This document shows positions 7,986 to 17,140 of a stretch of DNA of 64,000 nt, one piece after another (the stretch's first letter is position 1; every line of letters begins with the position of its first letter). This stretch comes from Deltaproteobacteria bacterium. Its GTDB lineage: Bacteria > Myxococcota_A > Polyangia > Fen-1088. The notes under the pieces were generated by a model, which worked only from the letters and a program-made list of their open reading frames with translations, made no database searches and was not told the origin of the DNA. The DNA lies in NCBI GenBank assembly GCA_033763315.1, contig JANRKS010000032.1:128001-192000 (forward strand), in the 5' to 3' direction. A program made the position numbers and the translations under genes.

Positions 7986-10967
7986 GTGTTCCGCTCGCTT
8001 GTGGTTGCACATTTGCTCCTGGCTTGGCTGTCATCTGCCGGCGCAAGTCGAGCTGCCGCAGGAGATTTTGTGGTTCAGGGGTCATGGCACAAAACGCAGA
8101 AGGTTTTTGCGCTCGAGCAAACGGCGGATGGCTTCCTGTGGGCCGCAACCGACGGCGGGCTGCTGCGGTTTGACGGCCGTGATTTTGTGACCTTGACCTC
8201 GGCCGAACAACCAGGCCTGCGCAGCAACGTGGTGCGTGCTCTTTATAAGGATCGCACCGGGGCACTGTGGCTTGGCCTCGACGACGGCGCGGGCGTCGCA
8301 CGCGTGACCGATGGGAATGTTGAGGCCATCAGCACAGGCAAGGCGCTCGCGGGCCGCGCCATCCTTGCGATGACAGCCACCGATCCCGAGACGTTGTGGA
8401 TTGGCACGTCTTCGGGTCTATTTGTGCTTCGGTTGGGATCCAACCCAGGTTGCGAGCCCGTCCGCGAGCTTGGTGAGGCTCCCATCTATGCGCTGCAGGC
8501 TTCGCGTGATGGCGGCGTCTGGGTTGGCGCGCGCAGTGGCCTTTTTCATATCACCGCAGGCGCTGCGAAGCGCGTGGGTGACTTGGGCCCCATCGCCGCG
8601 TTGGCGGAGGATGGCGAAGGCAAGCTTTGGGTGTCTGCTGTGAAGGCAGGCGTTTACAGCATTGCCCCCACGGGCGAGACAACACTTCGCTTGGCCACAA
8701 ACAGCGAGCGTGCCGGTGGAGCAGGCTTTACGGCCTTGGCGATTGATGGCGCTGGCGGCGTTTGGGTTGGGTGGAATGGAGGGTATGGAAGGCTTGTCGA
8801 TGGGCAACTGGTGCAACGGTTCTTCAACGGCCTAGCCACGGTGGCGCTGCGAAGAGATACAGAAGGCGGCATGTGGATCGCAACGTATTGGGGCGTCGTC
8901 ATTCGGGTGGGCCACTCCCGCGTCAAGATGGAGACCCATTCTGCTGGCGACGAGGCTCCCCTCGTCTTTGGTTTGGCAGTCGACACACAAAACGCCTTGT
9001 GGATGACGCAGCTGAAATCTGTTGTCGCCCGGAGCAAAAGTGGTGATCGGCGGTATGAATCCGGACGCGAGCTGGCCACTTGGTGCCCGCGTGGTGTGTA
9101 TCCAGCGCGCACGGGAGGCGTATGGCTTGGCACATGTGATCAAGGTACCTTTCACATACAAGGCGATCACGTTGAGCGTGTGGGCGACGCTTCGTCGTTA
9201 GCTTTGCGCAACATTCAAACATTGCTTGAAGATGTGAACGGCGACTTGTGGCTGGGCACGCTTTCGGGCGACGTATACGTGCGTCGGCTTGGCAAGGACG
9301 TGCGTGTGCCGTTCGAAAATGGCGCGTGCGTTGAACCTGATAAATCTGTTGATAAGACGCCGAGGGTGGACGACGAGTGCGAGTTCTCGCCCACCGCGAT
9401 CATCAATGCCAAGGAAGGCGGCGTGTGGATCAGTTTGCGCCGCAACGGTTTGCGAAGGGTGTGGCAAGGCGGCAGCGTCTCGTTCTTTAAGCAAGATGGC
9501 CTGCCCACCAACGATCTCATCTCGCTTTATCAGGACAAGGCAGGAACGTTGTGGATCGGAACGCAGGCGCACGGACTCGTTCGCTTCCGAAACGGCGCAT
9601 TTCATGTTTTTGATCGCGCCGCAGGTCTGAGCGCTCAAAGCGTTCACGGCATCGCCGAAGACGACCAGGGGCAACTGTGGATAAGCAGCGAGAACGGTGT
9701 GGCACGTGTGCTGAAGAAGCATCTGGATGATTTTGCCGACGGTCGGTCCACGCGCATCTCTAGTCATACATACGGCGTGGCAGATGGCCTCGCCTCGCCC
9801 ATCACGGTGCAAAGCTTCACCTCACCGTTGCTGTTTCACGATGGGCAGGTTTTGGTTCCTTTGGACAAGGGTCTCGCAAGCCTCTCATCGCGCGACGTTG
9901 ACGACCGAACCGGTTTTTCGAACGTGCAACTTGAATCGGTGCGCCTCAATGGGGTTGTGTCGGATGCAAAGCAGGCCGTCAAAGGCGATCTTCCTCCTGG
10001 TGGGTTAGGCGCTTTGGAATTTACGGTGGCGCTGCCCAACTTCGAGGTACCACACCGGGTTGATGTTGAGTACCGTTTGGCGCCGCTTGAAACCGCTTGG
10101 CGCTTGGCAGGAGGCGAACGTCTTCTGCGCTACGCGAACCTTGGGCCAGGAACCTATTCGTTTGAAGCCAGACCGGTGTTAGACGGACAAACTTGGGGGG
10201 CCGTCACACGATCAAAAGCCATCAGGCTGCGCGGTTTCCGCGAGCGCCCGACGTTTTGGTTTCTCGTTGCCGCGGCCGTATTGCCAGTCCTCGGCATCGT
10301 CGCGATGGTTCGTCTTCGGTACCACAGGCTGAAGATGGAAACCGTGCTCCAAGAGCGCAACCGCGTGGCCCGCGAACTTCACGACACACTCGCGCAGTAT
10401 TTTACCGGCATTTCGTACCACCTGGCGCGCCTGACCCAAGTCATTCCCAGCGACCCGCAGGAGGCCGACAAGATCACAGAGGAAACGAAGATGATCTTGT
10501 CGCAGTGTCGCTTAGAAGCCCGGCACGCCATTCATGATCTACGCGCTTCAACGTCAGGCGATCATAGTTTGGTGGCAAGCCTAAAAAGGTTGGCCGATGA
10601 AACGCGCTTGTCGGGCGACGTGAACGTGGACTTCAATGTCAGCGGCGAAGAGTGGAAGTTGGAGGAAAACAGTTTTCGGCAGCTCACGCGGATAGCCCAG
10701 GAAGCCATCGTCAATTCTTTGGCTCACGCGCAAGCCAGTTGCCTTACCATCATCATCAAATACACGGCCACCGATCTCACCTTGGAGGTCAGCGATGATG
10801 GAGAGGGCTTCGACGCGCAAGACAGCGCGAAGCCGCTTCATTTTGGACTGCAAGGATTACAAGAACGCGCTGACAGCTTAGCTGCCGAGCTCACTTTAAC
10901 GTCTAGCCTTGGCAGCGGAACGACCGTGAAGGTGGTCGTTCAGCGCAAAAGTTCTGGCATTGCGTGA
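7986..10967 (+). CDS. Sensor histidine kinase with periplasmic beta-propeller (Reg_prop) repeats, YYY-like domain, TM helix and HisKA_3/HATPase
   Basis: Repeated D..G.LW.GT motifs, YANLGPGTYSFEAR, TM segment FWFLVAAAVLPVLGIV, ERNRVARELHDTLAQ, RIAQEAIVN, DDGEGF, FGLQGLQERA. Confidence 0.93.
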   Translation: MFRSLVVAHLLLAWLSSAGASRAAAGDFVVQGSWHKTQKVFALEQTADGFLWAATDGGLLRFDGRDFVTLTSAEQPGLRSNVVRALYKDRTGALWLGLDDGAGVARVTDGNVEAISTGKALAGRAILAMTATDPETLWIGTSSGLFVLRLGSNPGCEPVRELGEAPIYALQASRDGGVWVGARSGLFHITAGAAKRVGDLGPIAALAEDGEGKLWVSAVKAGVYSIAPTGETTLRLATNSERAGGAGFTALAIDGAGGVWVGWNGGYGRLVDGQLVQRFFNGLATVALRRDTEGGMWIATYWGVVIRVGHSRVKMETHSAGDEAPLVFGLAVDTQNALWMTQLKSVVARSKSGDRRYESGRELATWCPRGVYPARTGGVWLGTCDQGTFHIQGDHVERVGDASSLALRNIQTLLEDVNGDLWLGTLSGDVYVRRLGKDVRVPFENGACVEPDKSVDKTPRVDDECEFSPTAIINAKEGGVWISLRRNGLRRVWQGGSVSFFKQDGLPTNDLISLYQDKAGTLWIGTQAHGLVRFRNGAFHVFDRAAGLSAQSVHGIAEDDQGQLWISSENGVARVLKKHLDDFADGRSTRISSHTYGVADGLASPITVQSFTSPLLFHDGQVLVPLDKGLASLSSRDVDDRTGFSNVQLESVRLNGVVSDAKQAVKGDLPPGGLGALEFTVALPNFEVPHRVDVEYRLAPLETAWRLAGGERLLRYANLGPGTYSFEARPVLDGQTWGAVTRSKAIRLRGFRERPTFWFLVAAAVLPVLGIVAMVRLRYHRLKMETVLQERNRVARELHDTLAQYFTGISYHLARLTQVIPSDPQEADKITEETKMILSQCRLEARHAIHDLRASTSGDHSLVASLKRLADETRLSGDVNVDFNVSGEEWKLEENSFRQLTRIAQEAIVNSLAHAQASCLTIIIKYTATDLTLEVSDDGEGFDAQDSAKPLHFGLQGLQERADSLAAELTLTSSLGSGTTVKVVVQRKSSGIA

Positions 10968-11026
10968 CGAGTTTGTTGATGGCGACGTTGTGATGGCGTC
11001 GCTCCCACCATGAAGGAGTTGTTCAT

Positions 11027-11689
11027 ATGTACGATGTTGTTGTTCGAGTCTTGATTGTCTGCTCACTCTTGGGTGTTGCCTCTTTCACGGCCGTGGCTTC
11101 GCCTGCACGGCGCAAGCCTGCGGGAGCCGCTGCGGCGGCCAAGACGGTGGGCATTGAAGATTTTGAGCACTACGCCAATGACCAAGAGCTTGCCAAGATT
11201 TGGTACCGGCCACCCCACGGTGGTGGCGCCGTACAGACGCTCGATGTTAAGGAGCATGCGAGCGGCAAATACGGCCTAAGGTTCGCTTACAGCACCAGCA
11301 AGGAAGAAGGAAAACAGTATGCGGCGATTTGCCGGGTCTCGAAGTGGGATCTCAGTGGCACGAACGCCGCGCGGTTCTGGTTAAAGCCCGATGGGTCCGG
11401 CCGCAAGTTGATGTTTCAATTCAACATCGCGAACGAACAAGGCAAGAACATCCACGATCTTTGGGATTTTGAGTACTTTCCGAAGAAGGGAGACTCCGCA
11501 CCACGCCTGGTCACGGTGCCCTATGCGGCCTTGGTTCACGACGTGAAGTACGCCGACTCACCCAACACCAGCCCTGTATTTAGGCCGGAGGCGGTGATCG
11601 AAGTGGCGCTTTACATCGGCAGCCGCAAGGACGAGCCAGGCGACGGTGTCTACTACTTTGACGATTTTGCAGGGGTACAGGTGCGTTAA
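11027..11689 (+). CDS. Secreted stand-alone carbohydrate-binding-module-like protein (CBM11/CIA30-like beta-sandwich)
   Basis: Signal peptide, IEDFEHY at the start, WDLSG…FWLKPDGSG, VTVPY, terminal YYFDDF. AAGGAG SD. Confidence 0.7.
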   Translation: MYDVVVRVLIVCSLLGVASFTAVASPARRKPAGAAAAAKTVGIEDFEHYANDQELAKIWYRPPHGGGAVQTLDVKEHASGKYGLRFAYSTSKEEGKQYAAICRVSKWDLSGTNAARFWLKPDGSGRKLMFQFNIANEQGKNIHDLWDFEYFPKKGDSAPRLVTVPYAALVHDVKYADSPNTSPVFRPEAVIEVALYIGSRKDEPGDGVYYFDDFAGVQVR

Positions 11690-11835
11690 GGGCACACCCC
11701 TTTCGGTCAGAATTAGCACACGGAAATCGGCGAACTTCCGGCCGATCAGCTAAGAGGAAAGCGTTGGGTGCCGCGCAAGAGGCAGGCCATTCTGAAATCC
11801 AGTCGATTCCCCTTATGTGATAGGCTAAATAAGTT

Positions 11836-12471
11836 ATGGCCGAAACGGGCGTCACCACAGTTCTTATCGTTGACGATCACTTTGTGGCTCGGCTTGGCAT
11901 CAAGGAATTCATCAATGCCCAGCCGGATATGCAGGTTGTGGCTGAGGCCAACAGCGGCGAACAAGCTATAGCTCAGTACCGTGAGCACAAGCCGTCGTTG
12001 GTTTTGATGGATGTGCGCATGCCGGGACTGGACGGCGCGCGCGCCACCATGGCCATTCGCCATCAAGATAAGAACGCCAAGATCTTGATGGTCTCAAGTT
12101 ACGACAAGCCGGGCGACATTCAGCGGGCGCAGGATGCCGGCGCGCGTGGCTACATCACGAAAGAAGCCGATCCGTCCGAGCTCCTGCGCGCCATTCGAAC
12201 GGTCGCCCGGGGGCAAACGTATTTGTCGCAGCCCCTGGCTCAGGTGCTGGGCACGGCGGCTGAGAAGGAATCGCTGTCGGCGCGCGAAGTTCGCATTCTT
12301 GAAATGATTTCAAACGGCTCCAGCAACCGTGAGATCGCAGAGCAAATGAACCTCACGGCAGGCACGATGCGCGTGTACGTGCACCAAATCCTCGCCAAGA
12401 TGGGTGTATCAAACCGCGCCGCGGCCGTATCGGCAGCCATTCGCGCGGGCCTCATCACCTCCAAAAGCTGA
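11836..12471 (+). CDS. NarL/LuxR-family response regulator, copy 2 (paralog of 7241..7882)
   Basis: Gap-free colinear similarity to copy 1, with REC and LuxR HTH domains. Confidence 0.95.
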   Translation: MAETGVTTVLIVDDHFVARLGIKEFINAQPDMQVVAEANSGEQAIAQYREHKPSLVLMDVRMPGLDGARATMAIRHQDKNAKILMVSSYDKPGDIQRAQDAGARGYITKEADPSELLRAIRTVARGQTYLSQPLAQVLGTAAEKESLSAREVRILEMISNGSSNREIAEQMNLTAGTMRVYVHQILAKMGVSNRAAAVSAAIRAGLITSKS

Positions 12472-12477
12472 GGCGCT

Positions 12478-13203
12478 TCAAAGCCGCAGGGGCCCTGCTG
12501 CGGCCGGGCTCCGCGTGGGAAAACGCAGCCCTGCCGCCTGCAAGCCTGGCCGTAAACTTTCAACATACTCTTGCATCACGGCGCCCGCGCCACGACGCTT
12601 AAGCCCCAGCGCCACCGCAAGCTTATCGCCGTCACTGCCAGGTCTGCCGAACGACAGAAGGGACGTGGCAAACCAAACCTCGAACGAGGCTTGTGCCTCC
12701 CGTGGCTGCGCGTGCGCCAGGGGAATCAACGTGCGTGCCCCATCGTCTTGGTGGCCTTCTTCTTCCGCCACGATGGCGGCAGCGATCTGTGCGTAAGGCG
12801 CAAACGATCCGCTCACGTATTCACGCAGAACGAAGTAGCCCGCGCGATCGAACACGAACTGCGCCATCGCCACATCAAGGGGCGTGCGGACGAGCGGCAG
12901 CGGCTTCTCTTGCAAACGCGCGCGTGCGGTGTCCACCAACGCTTGCCGGCTTGCGCCCGCCACGCTTTGCCACAACGTCAACGCGGCTTCCAGGTGCGCG
13001 CCCTCTTCGTGTTGTTGGTGGCGCAGGCGTGCGTGTTCTTCGTGCGGCATGAACGTCAACGCTTGCTCCAGCAACTGCACCGCCGCCAACTCGCGGTAGG
13101 CCTGCGAGCGCAACATCGAGAGCAGCAAGGGCCGCGCTTCATTCGAAACAACAACGGCCGCGGGTGAGGCGGCCGTTGTTGTGGACGGATTCGTCACGGT
13201 CAA
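12478..13203 (-). CDS. Ferritin-like diiron protein (PaaA/PaaC-like)
   Basis: Ligand pattern E…EEGAH…FDRAG…EEEGH followed by SFGRPGS, as in PaaA-type four-helix diiron proteins. Confidence 0.7.
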   Translation of the reverse strand: MTVTNPSTTTAASPAAVVVSNEARPLLLSMLRSQAYRELAAVQLLEQALTFMPHEEHARLRHQQHEEGAHLEAALTLWQSVAGASRQALVDTARARLQEKPLPLVRTPLDVAMAQFVFDRAGYFVLREYVSGSFAPYAQIAAAIVAEEEGHQDDGARTLIPLAHAQPREAQASFEVWFATSLLSFGRPGSDGDKLAVALGLKRRGAGAVMQEYVESLRPGLQAAGLRFPTRSPAAAGPLRL

Positions 13204-13209
13204 GGCGTG

Positions 13210-14478
13210 TTAAGCCGAAGCCGCTGCCACGCGGCTTTTCTTGCCGTTTGCGGCTGGTTTCTCGGCCTTGCTAGCTTTGACGGATTTTGTGTGGCCGTTG
13301 GTTGAAATGCCTTTGCCAGCGCCCGCTTTGAGGGCCTCGGCCTTATCGGTCTTCTCCCAAGAGAATTCAGGCTCTGTGCGGCCGAAGTGCCCGTAAGACG
13401 CCGTCTTGCGGTAGATCGGGCGGCGCAGATCCAACTCGCGGATGAGCGCGGCTGGGCGTGCGTCGAAGTTTGCATCCACAAGCTTGCTGATCTCGCCATC
13501 AGGAATGATGCCGGTGCCAAACGTTTGCACGAACAACGACACAGGCTTCGCGACGCCGATGGCGTATGCCAGCTGCACTTCGCAGCGGCGGGCGAGGCCA
13601 GCGGCCACGATGTTCTTCGCGATGTAGCGCGCGTAGTAGCAAGCCGAGCGATCCACCTTTGACGGATCCTTGCCTGAAAACGCACCGCCACCGTGCCGAC
13701 CCATGCCGCCGTAGGTGTCAACGATGATCTTGCGGCCCGTCAGCCCCGAGTCGCCCATGGGGCCACCCACCACGAAGCGACCCGTGGGGTTGATGAAGTA
13801 CTTGGTCTGCTTGTTGATAAGCTTCGCGGGAAGCACGGGCTTGATCACAAGCTCCATGATGGCTTCCTTGAGCGTCTTGTACTTCACGGCTTCGTTGTGC
13901 TGCGTGGAAAGCACAACCGTGTCGATCGCCAACGGTTGGTTGTTTTCGTCGTAGCGAATCGTCACCTGGCTCTTCGCGTCCGGACGCAAGAAATCCACTT
14001 TGCCCTTCTTACGAATCTCAGCCTGCTTGCGCACCAAACGGTGCGAGAGCTGAATCGGCATCGGCATCAGTTCGGGTGTTTCGTCGCATGCGAAACCGAA
14101 CATCATGCCTTGGTCGCCGGCGCCTTGGTCGTCCTTGGTGTACACGCCCTTGCCGTCAACGCCCTGGGCGATGTCGGGCGATTGTTGTTCGATGGCCACC
14201 ATCACGCCGCAGGTCTTCCAATCAAAGCCGGCGTCGGAGCTGTCGTAGCCAATGTCCTTGACCACGTTGCGCACGATCGTGGGATAATCCACCACCGAGG
14301 TTGTGGTGATCTCACCCGCCAGCATCACGAAGCCCGTCTTGGTGAGGGTCTCGCAGGCCACGCGGCATGTGGGGTCGTCTTTGATGATGGCGTCCAGAAC
14401 CCCATCAGAGATCTGGTCGCACATCTTATCGGGGTGGCCTTCAGAGACGCTTTCGGACGTAAACAAATACTCGGACAT
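13210..14478 (-). CDS. metK: S-adenosylmethionine synthetase
   Basis: [62 protein letters not shown] before the ATG at 14478. Confidence 0.99.
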   Translation of the reverse strand: MSEYLFTSESVSEGHPDKMCDQISDGVLDAIIKDDPTCRVACETLTKTGFVMLAGEITTTSVVDYPTIVRNVVKDIGYDSSDAGFDWKTCGVMVAIEQQSPDIAQGVDGKGVYTKDDQGAGDQGMMFGFACDETPELMPMPIQLSHRLVRKQAEIRKKGKVDFLRPDAKSQVTIRYDENNQPLAIDTVVLSTQHNEAVKYKTLKEAIMELVIKPVLPAKLINKQTKYFINPTGRFVVGGPMGDSGLTGRKIIVDTYGGMGRHGGGAFSGKDPSKVDRSACYYARYIAKNIVAAGLARRCEVQLAYAIGVAKPVSLFVQTFGTGIIPDGEISKLVDANFDARPAALIRELDLRRPIYRKTASYGHFGRTEPEFSWEKTDKAEALKAGAGKGISTNGHTKSVKASKAEKPAANGKKSRVAAASA

Positions 14479-14603
14479 TGGTTCTCCCGCAGGGGTGTAA
14501 CTGGTTAAGGACGCGGCAGTTTCCCAGTCGATTCCCCCCGAGTCAACGACGCTTTGCAAGCCGGGTTGGGTTCTGGCACGTGCCTGGTGTAAGGTTAGGG
14601 TCC

Positions 14604-15746
14604 GTGGAGCCAGTCAAGCGGTACCGCAAGTCGGGGCAGGAGCACTTTCTTAAGTACCTGAGGGACGTGCCCGACATGTCGCCGCGCGCCATTTATGCGC
14701 GAATGGAAGAGCTTGGCTACCGGGGTCAAACGTTGGCGCGCCAGGCGATGTCGTTGATGGCCTACCGCCACGTGAGGCGAATCAAGCGCATTCACCTCGA
14801 CGGGGCCAACCGGCAAGAGATGCTGCCCAAGACGAACTCGTTACTGATGGGCCCCACGGGCTCGGGCAAAACGCACCTGGTTGAGGTGCTGTTTCAGCAG
14901 ATCCTGAAGTTGCCCACGGCGATCATCGACATCACCACATATTCAGAAACCGGCTACGTGGGGCAAGACGCCAGCACGATTTTGACGCGGCTCCTGCAGG
15001 CCGCCGACGACAACCCATTGCTCGCGCAGGTGGGCATCGTGTGTTTGGACGAGTTCGATAAGATCGCGTCAGGCCAAAACAGCGCCGTGTTTGCGGGCGC
15101 AGGCACCACCAAAGACGTGACGGGTCTTGGCGTGCAACGCGAACTTTTGAAGATGCTGGAATCCTCTGAAGTGGTGGTGCCACTGGAGATGGGGCACAGC
15201 AGCTATTCAGACAACGTGATGATGAGCACCGCCGATGTCGCGTTCGTAGCCGCGGGCGCCTTCTCCGGGTTTCACAGCATCAGCCGCCAACGCAAAGGCT
15301 TCGAAAACATCGGCTTTGGCCGCGAAGGGGGCGCCAAACTGCCTTCGTCGGGCACGGGGTTCACGGTGCAAGACGTTGAGCACATCAGCAGCTTTCAAAC
15401 GTATGGTTTTTTGCCAGAGCTCATGGCGCGGTTTTCGCGTGTCATTCCGTTCGAAGCATTGGATCACAGCACGCTGCTTTCGATTTTGAACGACAACGTC
15501 GTGGCCAAGCTTGTGGCTGAGTATGCGGATGAAGGCTTCGAGTTGCAGCTCGACAACGACGTGCTTGAACATGTGGTCAAAGAAAGCCTCGATCGAGAAA
15601 CGGGTGCGCGAGGCTTGGCTTCAGTGCTCACGCGGCGTTTGGAAACCACGGCGTTCGACATCTTCGCCGAACACGACGGCGGCCGCGTTCACGTGGTCAT
15701 CGAAGGGGGCGACGTCGTTGTGCGTTTCGAGGCCGTTGGTGGGTGA
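14604..15746 (+). CDS. ClpX-like AAA+ ATPase lacking the N-terminal zinc-binding domain
   Basis: GPTGSGKT, pore loop [28 protein letters not shown] loop, PELMARF, TGARGL. Start (GTG 14604) is uncertain. Confidence 0.85.
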   Translation: MEPVKRYRKSGQEHFLKYLRDVPDMSPRAIYARMEELGYRGQTLARQAMSLMAYRHVRRIKRIHLDGANRQEMLPKTNSLLMGPTGSGKTHLVEVLFQQILKLPTAIIDITTYSETGYVGQDASTILTRLLQAADDNPLLAQVGIVCLDEFDKIASGQNSAVFAGAGTTKDVTGLGVQRELLKMLESSEVVVPLEMGHSSYSDNVMMSTADVAFVAAGAFSGFHSISRQRKGFENIGFGREGGAKLPSSGTGFTVQDVEHISSFQTYGFLPELMARFSRVIPFEALDHSTLLSILNDNVVAKLVAEYADEGFELQLDNDVLEHVVKESLDRETGARGLASVLTRRLETTAFDIFAEHDGGRVHVVIEGGDVVVRFEAVGG

Positions 15747-15758
15747 TACGGCGCTTCA

Positions 15759-17126
15759 TCAACCGGCGAATATCTCCTTGAAACCGCCACGGCACCACTG
15801 CTTGTCACCGACGTAATCCTTGTTCACGCCCAAGGCCTTCTGTACGGACACGTAGATGTCGCCCTGGTGGGCGTTGGCCGAGCGCTGGGCCTCCACGTGC
15901 GAATCCGCGAGAAAGGCATTGGGATTGCCGGTGAAAGGATAGGTCACAGCCTTGCCCAATTGGATGCCCTTGTTCTTTCCTCCAGCCAGCAACCACACCA
16001 TGTTGAGCTGGTTGTGTTGCTCCGAAATACCGCTGCCCCACGCGGTGATGGTGTCGTCCAAGACGCCAATTTCCCGCGCCTTTTTGATCAGATAAGCGAA
16101 CTCACCCGCGTACCATTTATCAATGGCTTCCCACTCACCAGGCAGGTTGCCTTCGCCATGGCTGACTTGGTGATGATCGGGCCCACCCGATCGGGTCGGG
16201 TTGACGCCGCTTGATTCTGGCCCCCACACCAAAGTTCCGACGCGCCGGACGCCACACGCGAATGCGGTGAGCACAATATCCAAATGCGCCTCCCCTTGGG
16301 CTTTAAAGCGTGCGATGCCATTGCCCGCACCTGCGGCGGTGGCTGTCGTTTTCGCCGCCCCCGAGTTGCATGTGGGCACCGACGTGTTGGGATTGCCGCC
16401 CGCAATCAACCAGGTTTTTTCAACTTCGCGAATCGCTGACGTGTAAAGGTCGAGGTTTTCTTTGTTCTTGCCGGCAAGACGTCCGCTGAGCTTCGAGATG
16501 TCGTCTTTGACGAAGTCGAGCACGCTCTTGCGCTCGGCCAAGAGCGCCGTGAGCGCGGCCGTTCCTGTATCGCCTCCCGAAGCAGGTGTTCCGGCACCAA
16601 ACGCCGCATTGAACGAGTCCAAAGGTTTGATCCACTTGGGATCGCTTTTGTCGCCGGCAACCCAACTGATGTCGGAATAAATAAAACCATTTGGGGGCGT
16701 GGGATCCACACCCATGTTCAGCGGCTTGGGCGCGCCCAGCGCCGCCGCAAGCTCAAAGTCAAACGACGGACCATACGTGTGTTGGTAGTCGCCCGAGCCG
16801 TAGTACATGGAAAGAAATTTGTTTGCGTCCTCGTGGGTTGCGTATGTGGATGCCGCTTTGTTGTTCACCCCTTGCAACACCATAAAATCAGCCTTGTAGG
16901 CCTCAAGCGGTGCCAGCGATGGCTTGAGTGTGAACGACGTTCCAGCGCCGCTGCCGCCGAACGCGGAGCGAACGTGACCATTTGGAGTGAAGAACGCAAG
17001 GAAGTTGCCGCCCGTCGCAGCCTCAACCAGGCGGTTTTTCACGAAAGGCGCGAGCAGGAACGATCCGGCGCCAATCCCTCGCAACAACTTACGACGCGAA
17101 ATGCGGTGACGTGTTTGTTCCCACAT
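15759..17126 (-). CDS. DUF1552 (HXXSHH-family) Tat-exported protein, copy 2
   Basis: ISRRKLL Tat motif, FFTPNG, LAPLEAYK, GPSFD, RKSVLDFV, AFACG, DHHQVSH. AAAGGAG SD before the ATG at 17126. Confidence 0.88.
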   Translation of the reverse strand: MWEQTRHRISRRKLLRGIGAGSFLLAPFVKNRLVEAATGGNFLAFFTPNGHVRSAFGGSGAGTSFTLKPSLAPLEAYKADFMVLQGVNNKAASTYATHEDANKFLSMYYGSGDYQHTYGPSFDFELAAALGAPKPLNMGVDPTPPNGFIYSDISWVAGDKSDPKWIKPLDSFNAAFGAGTPASGGDTGTAALTALLAERKSVLDFVKDDISKLSGRLAGKNKENLDLYTSAIREVEKTWLIAGGNPNTSVPTCNSGAAKTTATAAGAGNGIARFKAQGEAHLDIVLTAFACGVRRVGTLVWGPESSGVNPTRSGGPDHHQVSHGEGNLPGEWEAIDKWYAGEFAYLIKKAREIGVLDDTITAWGSGISEQHNQLNMVWLLAGGKNKGIQLGKAVTYPFTGNPNAFLADSHVEAQRSANAHQGDIYVSVQKALGVNKDYVGDKQWCRGGFKEIFAG

Positions 17127-17140
17127 TGGAGTTCTCCTTT

